From: a virus
Taxonomy: Duplodnaviria; Heunggongvirae; Uroviricota; Caudoviricetes
Reading direction: 5' to 3' (one strand)
Virus record (IMG/VR): IMGVR_UViG_3300033069_001204
Coordinates: 64,001 to 88,985 of that record
DNA: 24,985 nucleotides
Positions 9,245-17,747 of this stretch are shown one piece after another. A program made the position numbers and the translations under genes. The notes under the pieces were generated by a model. The model did no database searches. It was not told the DNA's origin and worked only from the letters and a program-made list of their open reading frames with translations. Position 1 is the stretch's first letter. Every line of letters begins with the position of its first letter.

Positions 9245-9870
9245 CAGGATGACTTCAATTTGAGTTTGAGCTTCGGCTTCGATTCTATCTTTTGGACGGG
9301 CTTTTTGAAGACCTCCGGCGATGCCCACTCCACGAACTCATCAAGACGCATGAGAATCCAAGGATATTCTCCATTGGGAATATGAATCCTCATTCCTCCC
9401 ACGTCCTTTCCTGGAGCCCCGGATACGGCCTCTATGCGGTGCTGCAATGGGAGGGGATAGGCGATGACGGCCTCCTTGCGGTCCCTCTTCGCTATGAGGA
9501 CTGGGAACCTGCCGCCCCCCGCCCTCTCAGCGGAACACTGGGCCTGGATGAGAAAATTCTCAAAGGTCTGGGGATGGGTCCCCCTCAGCCTATCCAAGGC
9601 GTCCAGAATGCACCAGGAGCCATAGCCTATTTTTATCTCGATACAGCATACGTCCAGGAATGGCTGGCCTATAGGATCGATGGCCTGCAAGTCCCCATAC
9701 TGTCCGAACGTGGAGCGGCCTCTCATGGCCCTTTGCGTCCCCCAAGCTCCGGAGCTCATGGTCCTTGCGAAAACATCGTCCCTCTCCAAACCGGTCCACC
9801 ATCTTGAGAGGACTCTGGCTATCTCCCTCTCAAATGAACTTCCTTTCGCCTTTCCTCCGCCTGGTCTCAT
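9244..9870 (-). CDS. Holliday junction resolvase (Hjc-type)
   Basis: GKAKGSSFEREIA, RTMSSGA, GDL and IEIK motifs. Confidence 0.85.
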   Translation of the reverse strand: MRPGGGKAKGSSFEREIARVLSRWWTGLERDDVFARTMSSGAWGTQRAMRGRSTFGQYGDLQAIDPIGQPFLDVCCIEIKIGYGSWCILDALDRLRGTHPQTFENFLIQAQCSAERAGGGRFPVLIAKRDRKEAVIAYPLPLQHRIEAVSGAPGKDVGGMRIHIPNGEYPWILMRLDEFVEWASPEVFKKPVQKIESKPKLKLKLKSS

Positions 9871-10781
9871 TCTTCATCCTTTCTAGCAAGGCCCAAGCCC
9901 CTGCGCTTCTTCATTTTATTTCTTACGGGATCGGACTCTCCTGAGAACAAGGTCTCCCATCTCAGGAGCATATCCTCCTCCAGGAATGAATCCATGCCAT
10001 ACTTAGAACATACATTCAAAAATCCTGGCATGCTATAGCGGTTGGGTATTTTATCCTGAAGTTCCACACCGGCCAGAGGAAGGCTCACGACTTTCAGATT
10101 CCTGGCGATGACATCCTTTCCGGCCTCAATTGATTGGAATGCCTTGGATGCCGGCTTCAGCTCGCCTTTCAGATACTTGATGGCGGTCTTCTCTCCCACT
10201 CCGGGGATGCCGGGGACAGTATCTGAGGAGCAGCCGCCAATGGCTTTCACCATAACCCACTGCTTAGGCTTTATGCCATATTCGGAGAATAGGCGGCTGG
10301 AGGTCATCATCTTATTCTTATTGGGATTGTAGCAACGACATCCATGCAGAAGCTGGAACAGGTCCTCATCAGCCGAGACGATGACGAAGCTCCCAGGCCA
10401 GGTCTTGATTATCTCCCCAAAGAGATCATCAGACTCATATCCTGTGGACATCAGGATGTTCTCAAATCCAATCTCAGGAAGTATCTCCTCTCTCAGAAGA
10501 TCGAACTGGCGGAGGGCATCCTGGAGATCCTCACGCTCTTCGTCCGTCAGCTCCTTCCTCTTCTTATACCAGGGATATCCAATCTTTCGAATTGATTTGC
10601 GGCTATCCCAGCATAGGACTAGGTCATTGGTCTTGAACATCTCGCTAAGATGGAGAATCTGGGACAGGTATCCGAAGATGACGCCAGTCCCTTTCGCTCC
10701 ATGGGAAAGGCCCTTCATGGTGTATCTGGCGCGATGGCCCAGATAATTGGAGTCTATCAGGATGGTGTCGGAATCAGTCAT
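9867..10781 (-). CDS. 5'-3' exonuclease / flap endonuclease (Pol I N-terminal, T4 RNase H-like)
   Basis: ILIDSNYL, YESDDL, SADEDLFQL and helix-hairpin-helix GCSSDTVPGIPGVGEKTA. Confidence 0.93.
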   Translation of the reverse strand: MTDSDTILIDSNYLGHRARYTMKGLSHGAKGTGVIFGYLSQILHLSEMFKTNDLVLCWDSRKSIRKIGYPWYKKRKELTDEEREDLQDALRQFDLLREEILPEIGFENILMSTGYESDDLFGEIIKTWPGSFVIVSADEDLFQLLHGCRCYNPNKNKMMTSSRLFSEYGIKPKQWVMVKAIGGCSSDTVPGIPGVGEKTAIKYLKGELKPASKAFQSIEAGKDVIARNLKVVSLPLAGVELQDKIPNRYSMPGFLNVCSKYGMDSFLEEDMLLRWETLFSGESDPVRNKMKKRRGLGLARKDEE

Positions 10782-11946
10782 ATAAGGACTTCCATTTGAG
10801 GCTTATCGCCTCCTCCCTGGCGGCCCATACTTTTCCCGCTATCTTCTGAACCCTTCGACGTAGGCCATTCTCCCTAATGAAATTGGCGAGCTCCTTGCGA
10901 TACATGGGGGTATCGCAGAGCTCATGAGCCACCACTTTGCCTCCAGCCTTCTTTTTCCGGCCGGTATCCTCATCCTCGGATGCTGCTTTGGCCTTGGCTG
11001 GTTTCCAGTGGTCGTTGTCTATAATGAAATCGACCATGGAGCCGACATCATCGATTCCATAATCGTAGTATATGCAGAATGTCGCGGATCTCCGCTTTCC
11101 AGTCAGCTTATTTTTGATGACCTCGGCATTGACTTTCACGCCAATCTCCAGGTTCTCATAGACCGAGCTCTTGATATGCTCGATGACCTTCAGCTTGATT
11201 CGATGCGAGCAGTAGAACTCTATAGAACGGCCCCCGCCCGGAGACTCCTTTTCCTGGAATCTTTGCGCCCCGACCTTGTCCCTGACCTGAGAAATGAGGA
11301 TCAGAGGGGATTTGGCATCCCATAGCTTCTTTTTCACCATGCGGAGATTTTCGGACATCTTCTTCTGGCGAATCATATTATAGCTGCCAGCAGAGTCCTC
11401 AGTGTCCTCTCCGGCTTTTCTGGCCTTGTCCCTGGCCTTGAGATCCTCTTCAGCCTTTTTGATTTCTGAATTATCAGTGAGCGAGTCCACCGAATCCAGG
11501 ACATACACAAAAGGAGTCTTGGACTTCAGACGACGGAGGATATTGTCTTTGAAGTCATCGATAGTGTCGCTATTGATGGGCTCGTCGTCCACAATTCTAG
11601 GGGACTGAATTCTCTTCGCGAGCCTCTTTCCAAATATCTTTGAGACGTCGAAGTCGTCGGCATGCTCGACGTCGTCGTCTATGAGATCGTATTCGTCGAA
11701 TTCAGGAAGAATGGAGGCTTCGGCCTCTCCACTCATGGCCAGTATGGTCTTGCCGGCGTGCGTCCCTGAAAAGATTTGAACTATTCTGCCACAGCGAATC
11801 GCTCCGAATGGAGTGTCGGAACATGCCAGATTGAGCATGGTTGATCCGAATGGAAGGAGCATTCTATCCCCTGGCGCTTCCACGTCCAGGTCTGATTCCG
11901 TGGTTTCGGGCCGGCTCTTCAACGCCAATTTGATCTTCTCAGACAT
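10774..11946 (-). CDS. recA: RecA/UvsX-like recombinase
   Basis: GRIVQIFSGTHAGKT (Walker A variant), VLDSVDSL (Walker B), ISQVRDKVG, GGRSIEFYCSHRI, KNKL. Start moved to ATG 11946 (GGAG upstream). Confidence 0.9.
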   Translation of the reverse strand: MSEKIKLALKSRPETTESDLDVEAPGDRMLLPFGSTMLNLACSDTPFGAIRCGRIVQIFSGTHAGKTILAMSGEAEASILPEFDEYDLIDDDVEHADDFDVSKIFGKRLAKRIQSPRIVDDEPINSDTIDDFKDNILRRLKSKTPFVYVLDSVDSLTDNSEIKKAEEDLKARDKARKAGEDTEDSAGSYNMIRQKKMSENLRMVKKKLWDAKSPLILISQVRDKVGAQRFQEKESPGGGRSIEFYCSHRIKLKVIEHIKSSVYENLEIGVKVNAEVIKNKLTGKRRSATFCIYYDYGIDDVGSMVDFIIDNDHWKPAKAKAASEDEDTGRKKKAGGKVVAHELCDTPMYRKELANFIRENGLRRRVQKIAGKVWAAREEAISLKWKSLYD

Positions 11947-11962
11947 ATAGCTCCTAAGAAGC

Positions 11963-12005
11963 CCCCCTTCCAATCCTCTCCACACCCAGGAGGATCAGAA
12001 GGGGG
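11963..12005 (-). terminator. RNA hairpin between ssb and recA (terminator, attenuator or stabiliser)
   Basis: Minus-strand RNA CCCCCUUCUGAUCCUC pairs with GAGGAUUGGAAGGGGG (16 bp, two G-U pairs, 11-nt loop) and is followed by a weak GCUUCUU tract. Confidence 0.6.
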
Positions 12006-12013
12006 ACAATCAC

Positions 12014-13318
12014 TCAGTTCTCTTTGTCGTATGCTTCCCGGCAGTCATCGTAGATCTTGCATCTCTCGCATGACTTCTTCTTGCCGACGTCCTTTCCGAA
12101 ACGATATCCGCTCGGACACTCAGCGCTCAGAGAGGAGTCCTCGTCGTCATCCGAAGAGGGCTTCTTCCTTTTGACTGGCGGATCGTCGTCATCGTCATCC
12201 CTGGACAGAGGCTTCTTCTTTTTGGGAGGCTCGTCCTCGTCGTCATCGGAGGCCTTTTTCAGCTTCCTTTTGATTGGAGGAGCGTCCTCGTCGTCCTCGT
12301 CTACGAGCTTTTTCTTCTTGGGAGGATCATCATCGTCGTCGAGGACTTTCTTTTTCTTAGGGACCTCATCCTCGTCGTCCTCTGAAACCGTCTTTCTCTT
12401 TTTTGGAGGGACCTCATCCTCGTCGTCTTCGAGGACTTTCTTTTTCTTAGGGACCTCATCCTCGTCGTCTTCATCTACGGGCCTTTTCTTCTTGGGAGGT
12501 TCGTCTTCATCATCGTCGAGGACTTTCTTCTTTTTGGGAGGTTCGTCCTCGTCGTCTTCGTCTACCTCCTTTTTGACCTTCTTCGGAGCCTTATCCGAAG
12601 CATCCTCATCCTCATCGACATCCGCGCCCATCAGCATGGCGCGCAGAGTGTCATAGGAATGGATGATGAGAATGGAGTCGAGGTCGCACGCATCCGCCAA
12701 ATCGGCCTTCGTCACGGGTTCCTCTCTGCTGACGAAATCGATGCGATTGGTGGAGTAGTAGACGTTCTTCTTGTAGGTCTCTTCGGAGAATCGGATGGTC
12801 AGGGATGAGCCGGTCTTGACCTCGGCGAAGTCCGCCAGGGAATCATCGCCTTCATGGATCTCCTGGTCGAGCCACTTCTGGAAGAGGTGATGGCTGACGT
12901 CCCAAATGAACTTGTTGCCTTCCCTGTCCTTTACGTTGTAGAGATACCTGAGCTTGGGGCGAATGCTTTCGGCATCCTCAGCTTCGGCATCCGGGTCCTT
13001 CTTGAGTCTGGCGAACTCTTCGCAGATGGGACACTTCTTGCCTATGGTCTTGGGGCATACCACTATGGCATCGTCCGGACCGACGGCGCGGTGGACCTTG
13101 AATCCCCTGCGATACCAGTCGCTTCCTGCCGGGACATCGTCCAGATTGGGCTCCTGGGTGACCTTGTATGGAATGAAATCCAGAGTGGCCTTCTTCTTTT
13201 TCGGATCGACCTGGAAAAGCTCAACTCCTGTGGGAAGCTTCAGATACCCCACGTCCCTGGAGCCCGAGCTTTCCGCCTTGCTCTTGATGCGATCCCGCAT
13301 CGACATCTTCTCTGCCAT
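12014..13318 (-). CDS. ssb: gp32-like single-stranded DNA-binding protein with a long charge-block repeat tail and a C-terminal four-Cys domain
   Basis: HRAVG...VVCPKTIGKKCPICE zinc-type motif, RYLYNV, position between uvsY-like and recA-like genes, RBS AAGGAG, tail ending CPSG...CERC...C. Confidence 0.75.
   Translation of the reverse strand: MAEKMSMRDRIKSKAESSGSRDVGYLKLPTGVELFQVDPKKKKATLDFIPYKVTQEPNLDDVPAGSDWYRRGFKVHRAVGPDDAIVVCPKTIGKKCPICEEFARLKKDPDAEAEDAESIRPKLRYLYNVKDREGNKFIWDVSHHLFQKWLDQEIHEGDDSLADFAEVKTGSSLTIRFSEETYKKNVYYSTNRIDFVSREEPVTKADLADACDLDSILIIHSYDTLRAMLMGADVDEDEDASDKAPKKVKKEVDEDDEDEPPKKKKVLDDDEDEPPKKKRPVDEDDEDEVPKKKKVLEDDEDEVPPKKRKTVSEDDEDEVPKKKKVLDDDDDPPKKKKLVDEDDEDAPPIKRKLKKASDDDEDEPPKKKKPLSRDDDDDDPPVKRKKPSSDDDEDSSLSAECPSGYRFGKDVGKKKSCERCKIYDDCREAYDKEN
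12130..12620 (-). repeat. About 10 imperfect coding repeats of (acidic run)-(P/V)P-(Lys/Arg run)
   Basis: Protein units such as DEDDEDEPPKKKK. A ~40-bp perfect direct repeat occurs at 12340-12379 and 12430-12469 (90-bp spacing). Confidence 0.92.
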
Positions 13319-13451
13319 CTTGTTCTCCTTTTTGATTATCCTGGTCAGCCCGACATGAGCGGACCACTGCGTGTGCTATTAATCTTGCTACGACGTATAG
13401 CCAGAAAGGCGATAGGATCGCGGCCAGGAAGAGTGCCAAGACCCAAGTCAT
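13221..13451 (-). CDS. Small putative membrane protein
   Basis: Hydrophobic N-terminal ~30 aa and ATGA coupling to the upstream stop at 13448-13451, but it overlaps the ssb start by 98 nt. Confidence 0.45.
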   Translation of the reverse strand: MTWVLALFLAAILSPFWLYVVARLIAHAVVRSCRADQDNQKGEQDGREDVDAGSHQEQGGKLGLQGRGVSEASHRS

Positions 13452-13975
13452 CCCTTACCTCCATTCATCCGTTTGAAGACTTTGCGTTTCACGGCTTCAT
13501 CCGCCTGAACCTGACCCACCATCGAAGCTCCGCTCCCTTCGGATGGTCCGATGAAATAATTGGAAAGGTAGAGGCGCGTCAAATATTCCAAAGAATCCTT
13601 CTTATGCTCCAAGGCTCGCACCGCCCCGGTCAAGACGTCCGATTGATATTTGGCGTCCATGGCCCGGGTCACTGCGCTGAGATACTCCTTGTCCTCTAGA
13701 ATGGCCGCCTCTATGGCCTTGTCAGTTATTTTAAGCAGCCCGTGCTTCCCTGGATTCTTCCTGATGATGGATGCCTTTTCGGCTTTAAGCGCCTCTAGGA
13801 CGTTCTTGCAATGCTCGACCTCGCGCTTGGCCCTGGACGACATCCTGCATATCTTCTCAAAGATCCTAGGCTGGCGCACCCATTCGGAATCCAGCTCATT
13901 GATGTCTATGGATAGAAGCTTTGAGAAATCGTATTCTTCCAAGTCATCGAATTCTTCCAAGTCTGAAGAAGCCAT
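13448..13975 (-). CDS. uvsY: UvsY-like recombination mediator
   Basis: Helical protein with IDINELDSEWVRQP...KITDKAIEAAI...ALEHKKDSLEYLTRLYLSNYF, next to ssb and recA-like genes. RBS GAGGAG. Confidence 0.65.
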   Translation of the reverse strand: MASSDLEEFDDLEEYDFSKLLSIDINELDSEWVRQPRIFEKICRMSSRAKREVEHCKNVLEALKAEKASIIRKNPGKHGLLKITDKAIEAAILEDKEYLSAVTRAMDAKYQSDVLTGAVRALEHKKDSLEYLTRLYLSNYFIGPSEGSGASMVGQVQADEAVKRKVFKRMNGGKG

Positions 13976-13987
13976 AAAAATCTCCTC

Positions 13988-14016
13988 ATAATATTATACC
14001 GGGACTGACCTCAGTC
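13988..14016 (-). promoter_or_regulatory. Perfect TATAAT -10 box with an adjacent short inverted repeat upstream of uvsY-like
   Basis: Minus strand TGACTGAGGTCAGTCCCGGTATAATATTATGAGGAG: GACTGA/TCAGTC inverted repeat on the plus strand next to TATAAT. No good -35. Confidence 0.3.
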
Positions 14017-14955
14017 AGATCCAGATACGGCCTCAAAACATGAAAGAATTAATCCAGATTTCCCTGTATAGAAATAATTCTCCTTGAAGCAGGACATGAT
14101 GAGATAGATCTTCGTGGCCTCGTTCTTGCCGGATTGCGTATCGGTCTTCTTGTTCATGAGGACCGCCGACAGATATCCCAGAACTCCACGCCTGATGGAC
14201 TCCGGCTCCTCCGCGATATTGGGGATGATGCCGGCAACCACCTTCCAGGGCTTGCCATACATCATGGCCTGGCAGAGATCCTTGATGGCCTTCTCGGTGG
14301 TCTGGACAACTTGGGCCGCCTTCTTCATGTCCTCTGGATCCAAATCACGAATCTTGTCCAGAACCATCAGGGCCTGTCTCAAGCAGCCATCGGCCTCCTC
14401 CGCTATTTTTTCCAGGACATCATCCGGAACCTTGAATCCTTCCGTGTGAATGATCTCCTTCATGAGCCCGACGCAGGCGTCTATGGGGACAGACTCCATG
14501 CCAATCTCATGACATCTTGAACGAACGGTCTTCAGCAGCATCTCAGGATTGGTCGTGCAGAGCAGAATATAGACATGCCTTGGAGTATCCTCCAAAAGCT
14601 TCAGAAGGGCCTCCTGCGCCTCCTTCGTCCACTTATGACACTCGTCTATGATCCATACCCTGCATGGGCATTTGTTGGGACGAAGCTGGCTGCTCCTTAT
14701 CAATTCCCTGGCGGTATCGATCCCTCTGAAACTGGCTGAGTTCCACTCCTGAAGGTCACGATCCGTGCATTCCAATTTGGCGGCCAGGACCCTTGCTATG
14801 GAAGTCTTCCCCGTCCCGGCCGGTCCATAGAATAGAAAGACATGAGGCATGTCCTTGCGGTCCCTGGCCAGTAATGACCTCAGTTCCTTGATGACCTTCT
14901 TGTTGCCGATGAAATCATCGAAATCCTGTGGACGATACTTCTGATATAGAACCAT
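14011..14955 (-). CDS. Clamp-loader AAA+ ATPase (DnaX/RFC small-subunit-like)
   Basis: LYQKYRPQDFDDFIGN, FYGPAGTGKTS, IIDECH, SRC arginine finger, ADGCLRQAL. Confidence 0.92.
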   Translation of the reverse strand: MVLYQKYRPQDFDDFIGNKKVIKELRSLLARDRKDMPHVFLFYGPAGTGKTSIARVLAAKLECTDRDLQEWNSASFRGIDTARELIRSSQLRPNKCPCRVWIIDECHKWTKEAQEALLKLLEDTPRHVYILLCTTNPEMLLKTVRSRCHEIGMESVPIDACVGLMKEIIHTEGFKVPDDVLEKIAEEADGCLRQALMVLDKIRDLDPEDMKKAAQVVQTTEKAIKDLCQAMMYGKPWKVVAGIIPNIAEEPESIRRGVLGYLSAVLMNKKTDTQSGKNEATKIYLIMSCFKENYFYTGKSGLILSCFEAVSGSD

Positions 14956-14966
14956 GAAACCCTCCT

Positions 14967-15302
14967 TTAGTTCAAGCCGTCTATCCGACGACCGGTGTTC
15001 TTCTCGACTTGGACCGCCCTATCATCCCAGATCTCCATAGTCTCGAAATCCTTTTCGGCAGTCACCACCACGTCCTTGCCGAAGTTCTCCCTGAACCATG
15101 CCCTCACCTTCGCGATCTGCTCATCCCTGTCCTTGTTATTGGATGCCGCCCTGGCCGTCAAGATATGAATTGGGACGCCTTGCGCGATCCAGCCTCTCAC
15201 TCTTTTGGCCATTCGCTCCACCGGCTTCCCAATCTTGCCTCCATTCCACCCATGGTATTCCGCCAGGGTCCCATCCAGATCGATGTCAATATGCCCGCTC
15301 AT
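14967..15302 (-). CDS. Small HAD-family phosphatase (phage polynucleotide kinase phosphatase-like)
   Basis: DIDLDGTLA (DxDGT), ILTAR, and K...IWDD motifs. Confidence 0.8.
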   Translation of the reverse strand: MSGHIDIDLDGTLAEYHGWNGGKIGKPVERMAKRVRGWIAQGVPIHILTARAASNNKDRDEQIAKVRAWFRENFGKDVVVTAEKDFETMEIWDDRAVQVEKNTGRRIDGLN

Positions 15303-15305
15303 CGC

Positions 15306-17747
15306 CTACTCCTTCTTCTTCCAGGTTTCTGTTTCAAAGTCCCATTCTTTCTTCTTGACCCATGGCTCATCCGGACGCGCCACTTCGAAGTCGATGTCCA
15401 AAGGAATGATAATCCAGGGCCATATACTGGAAAGCTCATGCCCTATTCTCCGGACCTTCCTCGTTATTGGAATGAGCTCGTCGGGATGAATCTCCATTAT
15501 CATGGAGTCATGGATCTGACCAATAATCAAGGACTTCATGCCTTTGCGATCCAGCCATTCCTGGGTTATAAGGGCCGTCTTCAGGAGGCAGTGGAATGCG
15601 GCTCCCTGAACCACATAATTTATCACGTCATTCCTGGACATCAAGCCACTGCATCTGAAGCCAGTAAACATGTCGGCATATCCATTCTTGCAATAGGCCG
15701 CATAATGCCGATCCTTCCAATCGGAATACTGCGTATACTTCTCGAACCAAAACTTATGCTCGACCTTCTTGATGTGGTTTTCGAACTTGGCATACGTTCC
15801 GAGGCCCACTGACTTCAAATGGGCTCTCAGAGGAATTCCGCTAGCCGTCTTGAGGCCCATGAGATCTATGGACTCCCACAATGCCTTGGCGCAGTTGACG
15901 TAGTAATCCCCATAGCATTGCGGAAATACGAACTTGTTCTTTCCGCAATAGCGAATCCTCTTTTCCATCTCCTCCAATGGAAGACAGTAGCAGTCCATGG
16001 CGGAGTCCCGGTGCATGTCCCCCTCAAGGACATCAGAGATCCAGACCGGGTCCTTGTGGTAGCAAGCGCCGACCCGGACCTCCAGGCCTGAAAAGTCGAA
16101 CTCACCGAGCATCCAACCCTTATGCCTTGGAATGATTCCACTACGGATGCACCTTGCCTGCTCCTCATCCCTAATAGGCATGTTTTGGAAGTTCGGCTTT
16201 TGGGAAGAATTATGCACGCATATCTCATTGGCTATGAAATTATGGGTGTCCTCAACCTCAATGTCGTAGACATCTACTTTCATCTTGAGAGTTTCGATGT
16301 GGTCAATGATATGATTGTCCACCGTAACAGAACCTGGAAAGCATAGTCCAGTCTGATTAGACTGGATCCGATCATATGAGATGCCATAAGAACTCATCAG
16401 ATTCTGTAAACGGTAGAATCCAAACCGCATAAAGGACATCGTTTCCGATAATCCTATCCGCTTCAATGATCGAACCAGCCATCCTTTTGACCAGTATCTA
16501 CCATCCATTCCATAGCGCATAGATGCCTTTTTCAGATCCACGTCATTTTCAGAAGCATATTTTTTGAAGGTGGTGAAATCCATCTCCACAGAACTGGCTT
16601 TGCCACGCGCTTTTGATAGGAGACGTAGACATCTGAACTTGCTTAATCCAAGATATTCGGGATGATCCTTTCCTTTTCTTGGGTGCATTCTGCCTTCTGC
16701 AAAAGCTCTCTTTATGCCTTCAATATTCTTCTGACGAATATGAAAATCATTGAAGTGGCAGTGATGCTTGCTGTGATTCGATTTCGACATGACTTTGAGA
16801 TTATCAGGTGAGTTGTTGTAATGATTGCCATCCAGATGATGGACGACCATTCCATCAGGAATCTGCTCTCCTAATTCAGATGCTATGAATCTGTGCTCTA
16901 TGACGGTCTTTCCTGTGAAGGCTATCCTATCTCGGAACCTTCGACCGGATAAGACGCGTCTTTTAGGTTGCCTATGGTCAGTCCTGGCCACCTCCAGATT
17001 CATCAGATTCCGCGCTTCGCAGTATGTCCCATCGACAGTTCTAATTAGATGCTCTGGAGTCACATCCAAGTAGCCATATCTTCCAGGGCCGCCTTTCCAA
17101 TGGACTCGGATGATCTCACGATGCCCGGTCATTCCAGACCATTTGACCTTTTTTATTCTGGGCTGAAGGCTGTCGTCGTATGAATAAACCAGATCCCCTT
17201 TTCGAATATCTTCAATATTCTTGTCTCCGCATGGGGTCATTATGCGCGATCCTTTAGCGACACATGACCTAAAAGTAACGGGCACATTCAAACCGAACAT
17301 AGGATGGATGTAGCCATCCACCTCCTCTCTCAGAATGCTTCGGATGTAGGTGGAATAGACCTTTCCCATTTTCCGATACTGCATGAGAATCTTTGCGAAT
17401 GGCATATCCATCTTTTCCAGAATGGTCTTGTCCACAGAGCCCAGACCTTTGGCGGTCATCTTGTCCCCGACCCATCCCAGATGGTCATATATCACCACCC
17501 TGAGCTGATCATTGGAGTCCATATTGAAGGCGTCTTTGAACTTCTTCTTCCACCAACGACCTTCATCGGTCTCAAGGAATTTAGCCTCGATCTCCTCCAA
17601 CGTCCTGGCGATATTGGTCTTCTCTATGGCATAATGCTCAGGGCTTATCTTGATGCCGTTGCGGTGCATTCTAGCGAGCAGGAGGGAGCCGGCATGGAAA
17701 AGGGAATAGGCCTCTGGCATATCTATCTTTGGCTTAATGGACGGCAT
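15306..17747 (-). CDS. polA: Family A DNA polymerase, polymerase domain only, interrupted by an intein
   Basis: Motif A DFSGLEVR, motif B GKNKFVFPQCYG, motif C QIHDS. RBS AAGGAG 7 nt before ATG. 461 aa after intein removal. Confidence 0.95.
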   Translation of the reverse strand: MPSIKPKIDMPEAYSLFHAGSLLLARMHRNGIKISPEHYAIEKTNIARTLEEIEAKFLETDEGRWWKKKFKDAFNMDSNDQLRVVIYDHLGWVGDKMTAKGLGSVDKTILEKMDMPFAKILMQYRKMGKVYSTYIRSILREEVDGYIHPMFGLNVPVTFRSCVAKGSRIMTPCGDKNIEDIRKGDLVYSYDDSLQPRIKKVKWSGMTGHREIIRVHWKGGPGRYGYLDVTPEHLIRTVDGTYCEARNLMNLEVARTDHRQPKRRVLSGRRFRDRIAFTGKTVIEHRFIASELGEQIPDGMVVHHLDGNHYNNSPDNLKVMSKSNHSKHHCHFNDFHIRQKNIEGIKRAFAEGRMHPRKGKDHPEYLGLSKFRCLRLLSKARGKASSVEMDFTTFKKYASENDVDLKKASMRYGMDGRYWSKGWLVRSLKRIGLSETMSFMRFGFYRLQNLMSSYGISYDRIQSNQTGLCFPGSVTVDNHIIDHIETLKMKVDVYDIEVEDTHNFIANEICVHNSSQKPNFQNMPIRDEEQARCIRSGIIPRHKGWMLGEFDFSGLEVRVGACYHKDPVWISDVLEGDMHRDSAMDCYCLPLEEMEKRIRYCGKNKFVFPQCYGDYYVNCAKALWESIDLMGLKTASGIPLRAHLKSVGLGTYAKFENHIKKVEHKFWFEKYTQYSDWKDRHYAAYCKNGYADMFTGFRCSGLMSRNDVINYVVQGAAFHCLLKTALITQEWLDRKGMKSLIIGQIHDSMIMEIHPDELIPITRKVRRIGHELSSIWPWIIIPLDIDFEVARPDEPWVKKKEWDFETETWKKKE
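16209..17264 (-). mobile_element. Intein (352 aa) with an HNH-type homing endonuclease
   Basis: Begins CVAKGSRIMT (Cys1), block B VTPEH, ends VYDIEVEDTHNFIANEICVHN followed by Ser+1. Internal VHHLDGNHYNNSPDNL...H. Removal restores TFRS-SSQKPNFQN. Visibly more AT-rich than the flanks. Confidence 0.95.

Noticed and set aside
12130-12560. PKKKRK-like strings resembling the SV40 nuclear localisation signal
   Set aside because: A by-product of Lys-rich repeats. All other genes and the Shine-Dalgarno signals are prokaryotic-phage type.
12130-12620. Repeat region as a possible CRISPR array
   Set aside because: The repeats are in-frame, degenerate coding units without unique spacers, and no cas genes are present.
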